A DNA stretch of 64,000 nt from Camelus dromedarius. Taxonomy: Eukaryota. The notes beneath the pieces were generated by a model. The model had not been told where the DNA came from. It did not search any database and worked only from the letters and a program-made list of their open reading frames with translations. The position numbers and the translations under genes were made by a program. Numbering within the stretch: the stretch's first letter is position 1; every line of letters starts with the position of its first letter. Positions 1 through 12,936 of this stretch are shown one piece after another. Where the stretch lies: assembly GCF_036321535.1 (NCBI RefSeq), contig NC_087437.1, positions 121,894,001 to 121,958,000 on the forward strand, in the 5' to 3' direction.

Positions 1-559
1 TTATCTGGATAAAAATTTGTCTTTTTCTTTTTTTTTTGTTTTTCATAGAACTAACGTCTAAGTTCATTTTTTTTGCTATTGTTTTCTGTTTTTTACTTCA
101 TTATTTTTGCTCTAATACTTGCTTTTTTCTTTCTTCTTCTTGCTTTAGATTTAGTTTGTTCTTTTTTAATTTCTTAGGGTGGAAGTTTAGGTTATTGATT
201 TGAGGCGTTTATTCTTTTTTAATATTGATGTTCACAGCTGGAATACTCTCTAATCACTTTTGTTGCCGCCCATATATTTTGGTATGTTGTATTTTCATTT
301 TCAGTCCTCTCAGAATTTTTCTGATTTTCTTTGTGCTTTCTTCTGTGATACCTTGGTTATTTAGGAGTGGACTGTTTAATTACCACAAACTTATGAATTT
401 CTTATGTTTATGTTGTTGACTTCTGTATTTCTTTCCCTTCCTATTAGAAAGCACACTTTGTATGATTTCAGTCTTTTAAAAGTTTGAGATTTGTTTTTTT
501 CTAGCCTAATATCTGGTCTCTCCTGGAGAATGTTCCGTGTTTTAAAATGATATGTTTTG
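1..559 (-). mobile_element. Old LINE-1 (L1M-type) ORF2 fragment, left part of the element interrupted by the L1 at 560
   Basis: T-rich antisense ORF2 sequence (e.g. 'tatctggtctctcctggagaatgttcc') that resumes in register at ~6299. Confidence 0.8.
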
Positions 560-2636
560 AGAGCTTGTCTAAGATGGTGGAGTAGGAAGACCCTTAGCTG
601 CCTTCTCTCATGGACACACCAAAATTACAATTATTTACAGAAACTCTTGCTGAGAAAGACTGGAATCTACTAGAACAGATTTTCTACAACTAAAGATACA
701 GAGAAGAAACCACAATGAAATGGGCAAGAATGATAGAATTGCAGTATAGTCAAATCTCATATCCTGGGGTGAGTGACCCACAAATGGGTGAATAATTACA
801 GTTTCAGAGGTTCTCCCCAAGGTGTGAGGGATCCAGGCCTCACATTGAGCTCATCATCCTGGAGGTCCTGTACCAGGAAGAAAAACCCGCAGAGCATTTG
901 GCTTTGGAGACCAGTGGCCTAACTTTAGGAAGAGCCAGAGGGCCATAGGAAATAGAGACTCTGCTCTCAAAGGGCACACACAATATCTCACATGCTCTGG
1001 GACCCACAGCAGAAGGAGTAATTTGAAAGGAACCTCGGTCAGACCCACTAACTGATCCAGAGAGGCAGGAGGCAACTGGAGCTCTCCCTGGGGGCATAGA
1101 CAATAGTGGCAGCTATTTTGGGGAGGTTGTTCTACCATGTGGACACTGGTGCTGGCAAGAGCCATTTTGGAACCCTCTCTCTAGCTTATTAACCTCAGGA
1201 GCCAGACCTACCCCTGACCACCAGCTTGTAGGCAGGGTCTGGCAACCAACCAGACTGTGGGGTCACCATGCCTACCAGATCACCCACAGTAGTCAGCCCA
1301 CCACAACAGAAGGATCCACACAATCCACAAAAGGGGGCAACTCTAGAGCATATAGCTCTGATGACCAGAGGGGAGTCTGCAGCTGTGACACATAGGACTT
1401 CTCCTAAAAAAGGCCACATCTCCAAGGTTGGGAAAAGTAACCAACCTACCAGATATGTAGAAATAAAAACAGCAAATTAGACAGAATGGGATAACAGAGA
1501 AACATGTTCCAAATGAAGGAACACGATAAAACCCCAGAAGGAAATAAGTGGAGTGGAGATAGGCAATCTACCCAATAAAGAGTTCATATAATGATCATAA
1601 AGATGATCAAAGAATTTGGGAGAAGAATGGATGAACAGAGTTAGACGTTTTTAACAAAGAGTTAGAAAATATAAAGAACAACCAAACAGAGATGAAGAAT
1701 ACAATAACTGAAATGAAAAATACACTAGAGGGAATCTACAGTAGATTAAATGATACAAAGGAATGGATCAGAGAGCTGGAAGACAGAGTATTGGAAATCA
1801 CTGAGGCTGAACAGAAAACAGCAAAAAAGAATAAAAAGAAGTGAGAACATACTAACATTGACATTATAGGATTCCCAGAAAGAGAAGAGTAAGAGAAGGG
1901 AACAGAGAATGTATTTGAAGACAAAATAGTTGAAAATTTCCCTGACCTGGGAAGGGAAACAGACATCCAGGTCCAGGAAACACAGAGAATCCCAAGCAGG
2001 ATCAACCAAAGAGGATCACACCAAGACACATTGTAATTAAACTGGCAAAAGTTAAAGGTAAAGAGAATATAAAAAGAAGCAAGGGGAAGCAACAAGTTAC
2101 TTCCAGGGGAACTCCCATAAGGCTACCAGCTGACTTTTCAGCAGAAACTGCAGGCCAGAAGGGAGTGGCACAATAAATTTAAAGTGATGAAAGGGAAAAA
2201 CCTACAATGAAGAATACTTTCCTTGATAAGGCTTTCATTCATTTTGATGGAGAGATCAAAAGTTTACAGAAAAGCAAAAACTAAGAGTTCATCACCAACT
2301 AACCAACTTTATAAGGAATATTAAAATGATTTCTCTAAGTGAAAAAGAAAAGTTCACAACTAGAAACTTGAAAATTACAAAAGGAAAAATCTCATTCGTA
2401 AAGGAATATATGCAGCAGTAAAGGTAGTAAATCAACCAAAGCTAGCAGGATAAAAGACAAAATTAGTAAAATCATCTATATGCACAATAAGTAGTTAAGA
2501 GCTAAGGGATACAGAAAACAAAAAGATGTAAAATACGATGTCAAAACCAGCAGTGTGGGAAGAAGGAAGTAAAAATGCAAGGTTGTTAAAATGCGTTTGA
2601 ACTAAAGAGATTAGCAGGTTAAAGTAATCATTCATA

Positions 2637-2656
2637 TGTGTGTGTGTGTGTGTGTA
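2637..2656. repeat. (TG)n microsatellite in the L1 inter-ORF region
   Basis: Direct reading. Confidence 0.9.
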
Positions 2657-3350
2657 TAAACCTCATGGTAACCACAAGCCAAATATGTATACTAGATACA
2701 TACTTACGAAAGAGAAAGGAATCCGAATACAACACTGAAGATAGTCACCAAATCACAAGGGAGGAGAGCAGAAGAAGAAGAAAGGAAGAAAAGGAACTCA
2801 AAAACAGCCTCAAAACAATTAACAAAATGGCAAAAAGTACCTACCTATCAATAATTACTTTAAATCTAAATGGACGAAATGCTCCAATCAAAAGACTTAG
2901 TGTGGTAGAATGGGTACAAAAGCAAGACCCATCTATATGCTGCAAACAGGAGATTCATTTCAGACCAAAATACACCCACAGACTGAAAATGAGGGGATGG
3001 AAAAAGCTATTCTGTGGAAATGGAAATTAAAAGAAAGTCAGGATAGCAATACTTACACCAGACAAAATAGACTTTAAAGCGAAGACTGTAAGAAGAGACA
3101 AAGAAGGACATTACATAATGATTAAGGGATCAAACCAAGGAGAAAGTATAACAATTGTAAATATATATGCACCCAACATAGGAATATTAAATACATAAAG
3201 CACATATTGACAGACATAAAGGGAGAAATTGACACTAACAGAATAATAGTAGGGAACTTTAACACCCTACTTATGTCAATGGACAGATCATCCAGATAGA
3301 ATATCAATAAGGACACACAGGCCTTAAATGACATTAGACCAAATGAAATT

Positions 3351-3375
3351 TATATATATATATATATATATATAT
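3351..3375. repeat. (TA)n microsatellite inside L1 ORF2
   Basis: Direct reading. Confidence 0.9.
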
Positions 3376-6009
3376 GGAACATTCCATCCCAGAGTAGCCA
3401 AATACATAATCTTTTCAAGTGTGCATGGAACATTCTCCAGGATAGATCACATGCTGGGCCATAAAACAAGTCTTGGTAAGCTTAAGAAAATTGAAATTAT
3501 ATCAAGCATCTTTTCCCATCACAATACTATGAGAATAGAAATCAACTACAAGAAAAAAACTGCAAAAAACACAAACACACGTGGAGGCTAAACAACATGG
3601 TAATTAACAACCAAGAAGTCAGAGAAGATGTCAGAAAATACCTGGAGACAAATGAAAATGAAAACACAATGATCCAAGAGCTATGGGACACAGCAAAAGC
3701 TGTTCTAAGAGGAAAGTATATAGTGGTACAAGAATATATCAAGAAACAAGAAAACTCTCAAAGCAACAACCTAAAGGAACTAGAAAAAGAATGAACAAAA
3801 TCCAAAGTTATTAGAAGGAAAGAAATCATAAAGATCAGAGCAGAAATGTATGAGACAGAGACTAGCAAAACAATAGAAAAGATCAATGAAATAACTGGTA
3901 GTTGGAAAAGATAAAGAAAATTGATAAACCTTTAGTCAGACTTATCAAGAAAAAAAGAGAGAGAGTCCAAATTGATAAAATCAGAAATGAAAAAGGAGAA
4001 GTTGCAACTGACACCACAGAAATACAAAGGATCATAAGGGATTACTACAAACAACTATATGCCAATCAGTTGGACAATGTAGAAGAAATGGAAAAATCCC
4101 TCGAAATGTACAACCTCCCAAGATTGAACCGGAAGAAATAGAAAATATAACAGATCTATTGCCAGTAATGAAATTGAATCAGTAATTAGGAAAACTTTCA
4201 ACAAACCAAAGTCCAGGACCAGATGGCCTCACATGTGAATTCTACCAAATATCTAGTGAAGAGTTAGCACCTGTCATTCTAAAACTATTCCACAAAGTTG
4301 CAGAGGAAGGAGTACTTCCAAACTCATTCAATGAAATCAGCATCACCCTGATACCAAAATCAGACAAAGATATCACAAGAAAATTATAGTCCAATATCAC
4401 TTATGAACATAGATGCAAAAATACTTGTCATACAATATTAGCAAATCCACCAAAACATTAAAAGGATGATACACCATGATCAAGTAGGCTTTATCCCATG
4501 GATGCAATGATGGTTCAACATTTGCAAATCAGTCAGTGTGATATACCACATTAACAAATTGAAAATAAAAATCGTATGACCATCTCAATAAATGCAGAAA
4601 AAGCATTTTAATAAAATTCAACATCCATTTATGATAAAAGCTCTCTACAAAGTAGGGATAGTGGGTGGGAACGTATTTCAGCATAATAAAGATCATATAT
4701 GGCAAGCCAACCGCTAACGTAATACTCATTAGTGAAAAGCTGAAAGCATTTTCTTTAATATCAGGAACAAGACAAGGGTGCCCACTCTTGCCAGTTTTAT
4801 TCAACACAGTATTGGAAGTTACAGGCTCAACAATCAGATAAGAAAAAGAAATAAAAGAAATGTAAATTGGAAGGGAAGAAGTAAAACTGTCACTTTTGCA
4901 GATGACATAATAGTATACGTAGGAAATCCTAAAGTTGTCACCAAAAAACTGCTAGAGCTAATCACTACTAGAGCTGAATTTGATGAAGTTCCAGTATGTA
5001 AAATTAATACACAAAAATATGTTGCATTTCTGTACACTCACAATAAACTACCAGAAAGAAATTAAGGGAACAGTCCCATTTTCAATCTCATCAAAAATAA
5101 TAAAACAACTAGGAATAAATTTAACTATGGAGGTAAAAATCTGTACTCAGAAAACTATAAGACACTGATGAAAGACACTGAAGATGACAGAAACAGATAG
5201 ATATACCACGTTCATGAATTGGAAGAATTAATCTTGTTAAAATGACCATACTAACTAACACAGTCTACAGATTCAGTGGAATCTGTATCAGAATACTCAT
5301 GGCAGTTTTCACAGAGCTAGAACAAATAAATTTAAAATTTGTAAGGAAACAAGACAGACCCTAAATAGCCAAAACAATCTTGAGAAAGAACAGAGCTGGA
5401 AGTGTCGTGCTCCCTGACTTCAGACTATACTACAAAGGTACAGTAATAAAAATAATATAGAATGGCACAAAAACAGACACATGGATCAGTGTAAGAGGTT
5501 AGAAAGCCCAGAAATAAATGCACACACTTTTAGTCAATTAATACATGACAATGGAGGCAAGAATACATAATGGAGAAAAGATACAGTCTCTTTAAAAACT
5601 CATGTTGGGAAAACTGGACAGCTACATGTAGAAGAATGAAATTAGAACATTATCTCACATCATAAACAAAAATAAATTCAAAATGGGAAAGACCTAAAAT
5701 AAAGACCCCAAACCATAAAGCTCCTCAAAGAATACACAGGCAAAACATTCTTTGACATAAAATGTTGCAAAATATATATATATATATATATTTGAATCTG
5801 TCTCCTAAAGCAAAGGAAACAAAAGCAAAATAAATAAAAGGGGATTAACAGGTACAAACTTCATATAAAATGAATAAGTAAGCTACAAGGCTATATTGTA
5901 TAACAATATTTTACAATAACTAAGTGGAGTATTATGAATCTCTGTTTTGTATACCTAAAACTAACACAAAATTTTAAATCAACTAAAATTAGAATAGAGG
6001 AAGATAGAC

Positions 6010-6273
6010 TCCTATTCCCCCAAATTATAATGTTAGTAGTTGAGCCTTTGGGAGGTGTTTAGGTCATGGTGTCGGAACCTTCGCAAAGGGATTCTCTGCC
6101 TTAGAGGTTCCAGAGAGATCCCTGGGCTATTCCATCATGGAGCACACTGCAAGAAGGCATTGGCTGTGAATGTGGAAGGGCCCTCACCAGAAGGCAACCA
6201 TACTGGCACCTTGATCTTGGACTTTTCAGCCTCTGGAAATGTAAGCAATACATTTCTGTTGTTTCTAACTAAC
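6010..6273 (+). mobile_element. MaLR LTR fragment (MLT1A/MLT1A0-like), truncated at its poly(A) site
   Basis: 'gcctttgggaggtgtttaggtcatg', 'gggccctcaccaga', 'ggcaccttgatcttggacttttcagcctctggaaatgtaagcaatacatttctgttgttt' match MLT1A; the U5 end is absent. Confidence 0.85.
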
Positions 6274-6298
6274 AAATAAAATAAAAAATAATGTTTTG

Positions 6299-9150
6299 TG
6301 TTTTTTGAATGGATAGTTCTATAGATACGTGTTAGGTGTAATGTTTCATAGTTGTTAAAATCTTCTATTTCCTTGCTGGTCTTGTCTTGTTTTTCATTTT
6401 GTATCGAAAATGGAATATTGACGTCTCCAACTCTTATTGTTGAATTGTCTAATTGTCCATTCATTTCTCTTAATGTCGTTTTATGCATTCTGGGGCTCAG
6501 TTATTAGGTACATACATGTATAATTGTTCTATCTTCTTGTTGATTTGACTGTTATCATTGTAAAGTGTTCATTCTTTGTCTCTAGTAACAATTTTTGTCT
6601 TGGAGACCATTTGGTCTGATATTAGTATAGGCACTCCAGCTCTTGTTTAGTTACTGTTACAAGCTATATATTTAGTCATCCTTTCACTTTCACTCTATTT
6701 GTCCCTTTGAATTTAAGAATGTCTCTTGTATACTGCATATATTTGGGTCACACTGAAAAAAAAATCCATTAACGCAATTTCTGCCTTTAAATTGCAAAGT
6801 ATAATGCATTTACATTTGGTGCAATTTTGATAAGGTGGGATTTATTCTTCTCATTTGCTATTTGTTTTTTTTTTTACGTCATGTCTTTCTTGTTTTCTAT
6901 TCTCTGTTACTACCTTCTTTTGTGTTAAATAGATATTTTCTAGTGTTCTCTTTTCATTCCCTTGTCATTTCTTTTACCATTTTTTTGTTAGTCATATTCT
7001 TAGGGGTTGCCTGGAGTTTCTCACTATTAACAATTTACTTTGAATTAATACTACTTTAATTTCAATAGTATATAAAAACTTTGCTTCTGTACATCTCTAT
7101 TCCCCCTCTCCCTGTACTGTTATTGCTCTACAAAGTACATCTTTATACATTCTGTGCACGTCAACACAGATTTATTATTATTGCCTTTTGCAGGTATCTT
7201 TTATTTCAGATAGGAGAAAAAAGTTACAAACATTGCATTTATATTGTCTTTTATACTTACTTCTGTAGTTACCTGTACTGGTGTTTATTTTCACCAGATT
7301 TGAAGTACTATCTAGTGTCATTTTATTTTAGCCTGAAGGGCTCCTTTTAGTATTTTTTTAGGGCAAGTTTTCTAGTGAAATATTCTGTCAATTTTGTTAT
7401 CTGAGAATATCTTAATTTTTCTTTGCTGTTGAAGGATAATTTTGCTGAATACAGAATTCTTGTTTGACAGTTTTTTCTTTTATAACTTTGAATATGTCAG
7501 CCCACAACCTTCTAGCCTGTATGGGTTCTGTTGAGAAATAGGCTGTTGCTTTAATTGAGGATCCCTTTTGCATGGTGAGTTGATTTTCTTGCTGCTTTGA
7601 AGGTTCTCTTTGTCTTTGTCTTCTGATAGTTTGGGTATGATGTGTATATGTGTAGATATCTTGGAGTTATCCTTAGAGTTTATTGATCTTTTTGGATTTG
7701 TAATTTCTTTTTAAATCAAATAGCCATTATCTCTTCAAATACTCACTTTACCCCTTTCTGTCTCTTCTCTCCTTCTGAGAAGTTTTTTATGCATATGTTG
7801 GCATGATTGATGGTGTCCCTGATGCTCTGTTCTTTTTAAATTTTTTTGTGAGGAAGACATTGTTCAAGGGGATTACTACAATGGGGTTTTGTATTAGGGG
7901 AGAGGGATTGGGCACAACTCCTCTGTTCATTTTTATTCTTACATTTTGCTTTCTGTTCATTAGATTGGAAAATTTCAGTTGACCTAGGTTCAAGTTTGCC
8001 AGTCCTTTTCTTGCTGCTCAAATATGCTGTTGAATCCCTCTAATAAATATGTCATTTCAGTTGTTGTACTTTTCAGCTCCAGAATTTTTATTTGGTTCCT
8101 TTTAAAAGAATAGTTTCTGTCTCTTTAGTAATAGTCTCTATTTGGTCAGACATCATTGTCACCTTTAATCCTTTTGACCTGGTTTTCTTTAGTTCTTTAA
8201 CATATTTAAAATAGGTTATGTGTAGTCTTTGTCTCGTAAGTCCAACATTAGGGCTTCCTCAGGGGTAATTTCTATTGATTGCTTTTTTCCCCTGTATATT
8301 GACCATATTCTCTTAGAGGTTTTTTTTTTTTTTTTTTGGTATTGTTTATAATGATTTGTTGAAAACCAACATTTAAATAATATATATGTCAACTATGAAA
8401 ATCTAAGTCTGGAGTATTTGTTGCTGCTGCTTGTTGTAGTAGTTTTTATTTGTTTGTTCAGTGACTTTCCTGAACTAACTCTGTAAAATCTGTGTTCTTT
8501 GTCATGTATTTCCAGTGATGTCTTGGTTTGGCTAGTTTAGTGGTCAGCTAATAATTGGACAGAGACTTCCTTAAACACTAGGAATTAATAAGTCTCCTAA
8601 TCTTTCTCGAGGGGCTCTGTGTGTGTACTGGGGGCATGCTTCAACATTTAATTAGACAGTTTACATCTCTATCTTAGTCTTCACGTCCTGCTTGTTCAGA
8701 GCCTCAAAGTCAGCCCAATGTGAGCACTTACAGCTATCTCAGGTCTTTCCTGGGCAATCACACAATCATGGGTATGTGCACAGCTCTCTGTATGGGATGT
8801 GGCTTTCTAGATTTCTAGGAATATATTGGAGCTTTTCAAATCACCTATAGACAGCTCATTCTCCAGCTTTTCCTTTTAAGTTTTTGGGTTAATGTATTTG
8901 CCCCAACAGTTATACACTGTCTCAGGTAGTTACAAAATTAAACAATTGCCTCTAATTGTTTTGATGTATACCTCCAAGGAAAATGCTTTTCTCATTGGGC
9001 AAGCTCTGACTCAGGTCAAAGACAGCCTTGCCAGTGGAGCCCATTAACTGTGTCAAATAATGATGGTTCTCTGGGAATAGGACTTTGAAGGCATTCCAGC
9101 TCTGTTCTGTCCACTTCTGTGGCTGCCAGGTTGCTGGTTTTCACTATGAT
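6299..9150 (-). mobile_element. Old LINE-1 (L1M4/L1MB-age): ORF2 5' part, ORF1 and 5'UTR, continuation of 1-559
   Basis: Antisense endonuclease remnant (GQLDNSTIRVGDVNIPFS in ORF 6135..6488), ORF1-like antisense at ~7300-8250, 5'UTR-like sequence at ~8450-9150. Confidence 0.8.
7838..7920 (-). other. Short polyadenylated retrocopy of an ERV-LTR-like 3' end with TSD
   Basis: Flanked by ctctgttcttttt (7825-7837) and ctctgttcattttt (7921-7934); the minus strand reads '...cccaatccctctcccctaatac...ccccttgaacaatgtcttcctcac' then an A-rich tail. Confidence 0.6.
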
Positions 9151-9168
9151 TTCACTATCTTTATTCTT

Positions 9169-9640
9169 TTTTTTTTTTTTTTTGAAATATGTTTGATTTA
9201 CAATGTTTCAGGTGTACAGCAAAGTGATTTGGTGATATATGCATACACATATATACACATATTTATATATTCTAGTTCAGATTCTTTTTCATTATAAGTT
9301 ATTACAAGACAGTGAATATAGTTCCCTGTGCTATATAGTAAGGCCTTGTTGTTTATGTATTTTATGTATAGTAGTGTGTGTCTGTAAATCCCAAATTGCC
9401 AATTTGTTCCTTCTCCTCTTTCCACTTTGGTACACATATGTTTGTTTTCTATGTCTATGAGTGTACTTTTGTTTGTAAATAAGTTCATTTGTATCATGTT
9501 TTTAGATTCCACATATAAGTGATATATGATTTTTATCTTTGTCTGACTTCACTTGTATGATAAACTCTAGGTCCATCCATGTTGTTGCAAATGGCATTAT
9601 TTCATTCTTTTTTATGGCTGAGTAATATTCCACTGTATAT
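9169..9640 (-). mobile_element. 5'-truncated artiodactyl-type L1 3' end with TSD
   Basis: Poly(T), then 'gatttacaatgtttcaggtgtacagcaaagtgat...gttccctgtgctata'; flanking repeat ctttattctt at 9159-9168 and 9644-9653. Confidence 0.9.
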
Positions 9641-9653
9641 CACCTTTATTCTT

Positions 9654-11950
9654 AAAAGAATTTTTTTCCTGTATGTTGAATTTTATGTTGACATTACTTT
9701 CTTTCAGCACACTAAAGATATCTTTCCACTGTATCTGGCTTTTGTTTTCCTGTTCAGGAGTCAGTAGTCAACATAATTGCTATTTCTCTGGAGGTGATCT
9801 CCTATTGCTTTTAAAGGGTTTTCTCATTAACCTTAGGTTTGTATAGTTTGACTAATTCCATGCATCCGCACACAAGTATGTTGACTTCTTGTATCTATGG
9901 CATGATGTCTTTCACAAGTCTCAAAAATTCACTGCCTTTATCTTCCGGTTTTGCTTTTGCCTCATTTTCTGTCTTCTGTCCTTCTAGGACTCTAATGAGA
10001 TGTGTGTTTCTTACCATGTGTCCTTGTGCCCTGTCTTTTGTATTTCCCAGGTGTTGGTCTCTCCCTGCTTTAGTTGGAACATTTTCTTCTGACCCAGTTT
10101 TCAGTTGCCAGTTGTCTCTTCAGTAGTACCTAACCTGCTTTAAAACTGATTCATGATTTTTAAAATTTTCAGTTTTAAATTAAAAAAAATTTTTTTAAAT
10201 TAAGTTGCTTTTTATAGCTCCTAATCTCTTATTTGTGTTTTTGACCATAGCAAGTGTAGTGGTTTTTGTTTTTTCTAATTTTTTTTATTGTAGTGAAATA
10301 TACGTAACATACCATTTAACACCTTAACCATTTAAAATGTACCATTTAGTGATAATAAATTCGTAACATTGTGGACAAATCACCACCATCCATCTGCATA
10401 GTTCTTTTCATCTCATGAAATGGAAAGTCTGTGCCTAATTAACAATAATTCCTCACTTCTACTTTTCTCAGTCCCTGAAGCCACCTTTGATTGATTCTAC
10501 ATTCTCTCAGTGATTTCTGAGATACTCTGTGTACCTCATGTAAGTGGAATCATATAGTATTTATCTTTCTGTGACTGGCTTGTTTCATTCACTTAGCATA
10601 ATGTCCTCAAGGTTCACCCACATAGCACATGTTAGAAATTCCTTCCTCTTTTTAAGCTGAATACTATTCTGTTGTATGTATACACCACAATTTGCTTATC
10701 CATTTAGTTTGTCAGTCGACACTGGGATTGCTTCCACATTTTAGCCATTGTGAATAATACTGCTATGAATATGGGTGTACAAATACCTTTTTGAGATCCT
10801 ATTTTCAGCTCTTTTGGGTATATTTCTAAAAGTGGAATTGCTGGATCATATGGCACTTTTAGATTTAATTTTTTGAGAAACTGAGACACTCTTTCCCACA
10901 GAATATAGTGTTTTTTTCTTATAGTAAAACATATATAATACAAGATTTACCATTTTAAGTATACAGTTCTGAGGTATTAAGTATATTCACATTGTTGTGC
11001 AACCATCACCACCATTCAACTCTGGAACTTTTTTCATCTTGCAAAATTGAAACTCCATCCCCATTACACAATAGTCCCATCTCCCAGTCCCAGTCCCCAG
11101 TAGAACTACCCTTCTACTTTCTGTCTCTATGAATTTGACTTCTCTGTGTTCCTCACATAAGTGGAATCATACAGTTTTGTCCTTTTGTGACTGGCTTCTT
11201 TCACTTAGCACAGCATCTTCAAGGTTCATACCTGTTGTAGCATGTATCAGGATTTCCTTCTTTTTTAAGCTTGAATAATATCCACTCATGGAAAACCCAG
11301 TTTATTTATCCATTCATCTGTCAGTGGATGCTTCTGTTGCTTCTGTCTTTTGGTTATAATGGGTATGCTGTTAAACATAGTTCTAAGATATCTGTTTGAG
11401 TCCCTGCTTTCACTTCTTTGGGGGCATATTTTCAGAAATGGAGTTGCTGGATCATATGATAACTAAATGTTTAACTTTTTAAGAACCACCATACTGTTTC
11501 CACTGCAGCTGCACCATTTTACATTCTCACCAGCGATGTATGGGATTCCAGTTTCTTCACATCCTCACCAACACTTGTTATTTTCTGCCTCTTTGCTGTG
11601 TCCTAGTAGTATGAAATGATACTTCACTGTGGCTTTGATTAGCATTTCCCTTACGGTGAGTAATGCTGCACATTATTTTATGTACTTATCGGTCATTGGT
11701 GTATCTTCTTTAGAGACATGTCTATTCAAGTCTTTTGCCTATTTTTTTAGCGTGGTTGTTTGTTTCTGTGTATTGCAAGTGTAGTTTTTGATAGTCCATG
11801 TTGGGTATTTCTGACTTCTCATTTATGTCTTTGTGGCTCTGTTCTTGGTTTCTGTGACTTCTGCTGTTTCTTGCCGACGGCGTCTGATTTCTTTGTGCGC
11901 TAGACGTTGTATTTGCAGAGTTAGTCTGAGGACTCATCTGAGACCTAGGA
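9654..11950 (-). mobile_element. Nested old L1 fragments: L1ME-like ORF1 remnant plus two L1MA/MB-type 3' ends (~10270-10900 and ~10905-11790)
   Basis: Two 'gtggaatcata...tgactggctt...tcacttagca' 3'UTR blocks; antisense ORF2 C-terminus 'PYDPAIPLLEIYPKE'. Confidence 0.75.
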
Positions 11951-12229
11951 GGATTTGTCTCTCTTTTGGACAGGCTTTAATTTGTCATCTCTAGGGTTCT
12001 TTATTCGTAAAGAAGCCACCTTAACCCCAGTGGAGGCCTGAGCCCAGGCGGGTGAGCAAAACAAGCTGCAAGGTGTGGGTGGGCTGGCTTGCTTGGCGAG
12101 ACTTCTCCACCTTCAGGGTTTATCTCTTTGTGCTTTCAACACAAGGTGGAGGCTGGTTTCTCAGAGTCCGATTCACTGTTTTCCTTTGTGCCTCTAGCCC
12201 CCAGTTTCTGGATTATTTTGGGTAACCTC

Positions 12230-12650
12230 AGCATCTGTAAAAACGCCCCGCTGTCAGGACCTTACACAGGAGATTTCCTTCTCCTTCACACAGTGGTTCA
12301 AGGAGGAGCTCCCCAGGCTCAGGCTGAGGAGGCCGAGGATGCTCAGTGAGCAGCTTTCCTCTGCCTGTGATTTGGGCCTAGCTCTTGGCCACGCTGGTCC
12401 TGCCATCTGCTAGGGTGGTAAACTTGTCTAGGGCCTGAACTGCCTTTTTGTCCAGCTGGCAGGTGGGGAGTACAGTGTGGGGGAGGCACACATGCTTCTC
12501 ACCCATGTTGGCCCGGGCATGACATGTACAACTGTGTACGTTCCGCTGGGAGATCTGGTCACATGGCCCTGCCTAGTTCAAGTGCGAGATGGGAAAGTAT
12601 AGTCCGTAGCTGGCAGCTGCCAGTCTGTTTGGTGGACGGGCACCTCTCCC
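12230..12650 (-). mobile_element. Degenerate MaLR LTR (MLT1K/L-like)
   Basis: 'ggtcacatggccctgcctagttcaagtgcgagatgggaaagtatagtc' resembles old MLT1 LTRs. Confidence 0.5.
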
Positions 12651-12887
12651 TCAGTCCTTCATCTTGACCCTGAAATACCTGTGCACATTCTTCTTGCACA
12701 GCTGTCTTACACTCATCCTCCCTAGGGAGACAATTGAATCCAGATGTGACTCTTGAGGTTTGGTGACTGAACTAACACACAGGTTATCTGCTGCTCACAC
12801 TGTACGATAGAGGAGCCCCGGCATTGACAGTTGCAATGAAAAAAACCCTTCCATTTGAAAGAGGAGGGGTGGAAGATAAACATCAGT

Positions 12888-12936
12888 CCTGTGCTTGCTA
12901 AGCATTTGCTCTACCGCCTGAGCTATATCCTCCTCC
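12888..12936 (-). mobile_element. Partial (5' half) Vic-1-type SINE
   Basis: 'gtgcttgctaagcatttgctctaccgcctgagctatatcctcctcc'; B-box half and tail are missing. Confidence 0.7.

Larger units (their letters stand above)
560..5988 (+). mobile_element. Near full-length, inactivated artiodactyl-type LINE-1 (5'UTR, ORF1, ORF2, 3'UTR) with an internal deletion near 5840
   Basis: 5' end 'aagatggtgg' (YY1-site-like); ORF1 remnants ~1486-2340; ORF2 ATG at 2827 with endonuclease remnants (LSIITLNLNGRNAPIKR, HGTFSRIDHMLGHK), RT motifs GTRQGCPL (~4764) and FADD (4895-4906); many stops and frameshifts; 3' end 'tatacctaaaactaacacaaaattttaaatcaact'. Confidence 0.95.

Noticed and set aside
1486..5840. L1 ORF1/ORF2 as functional CDS
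   Set aside because: Many stops, frameshifts, microsatellite insertions and loss of the C-terminus
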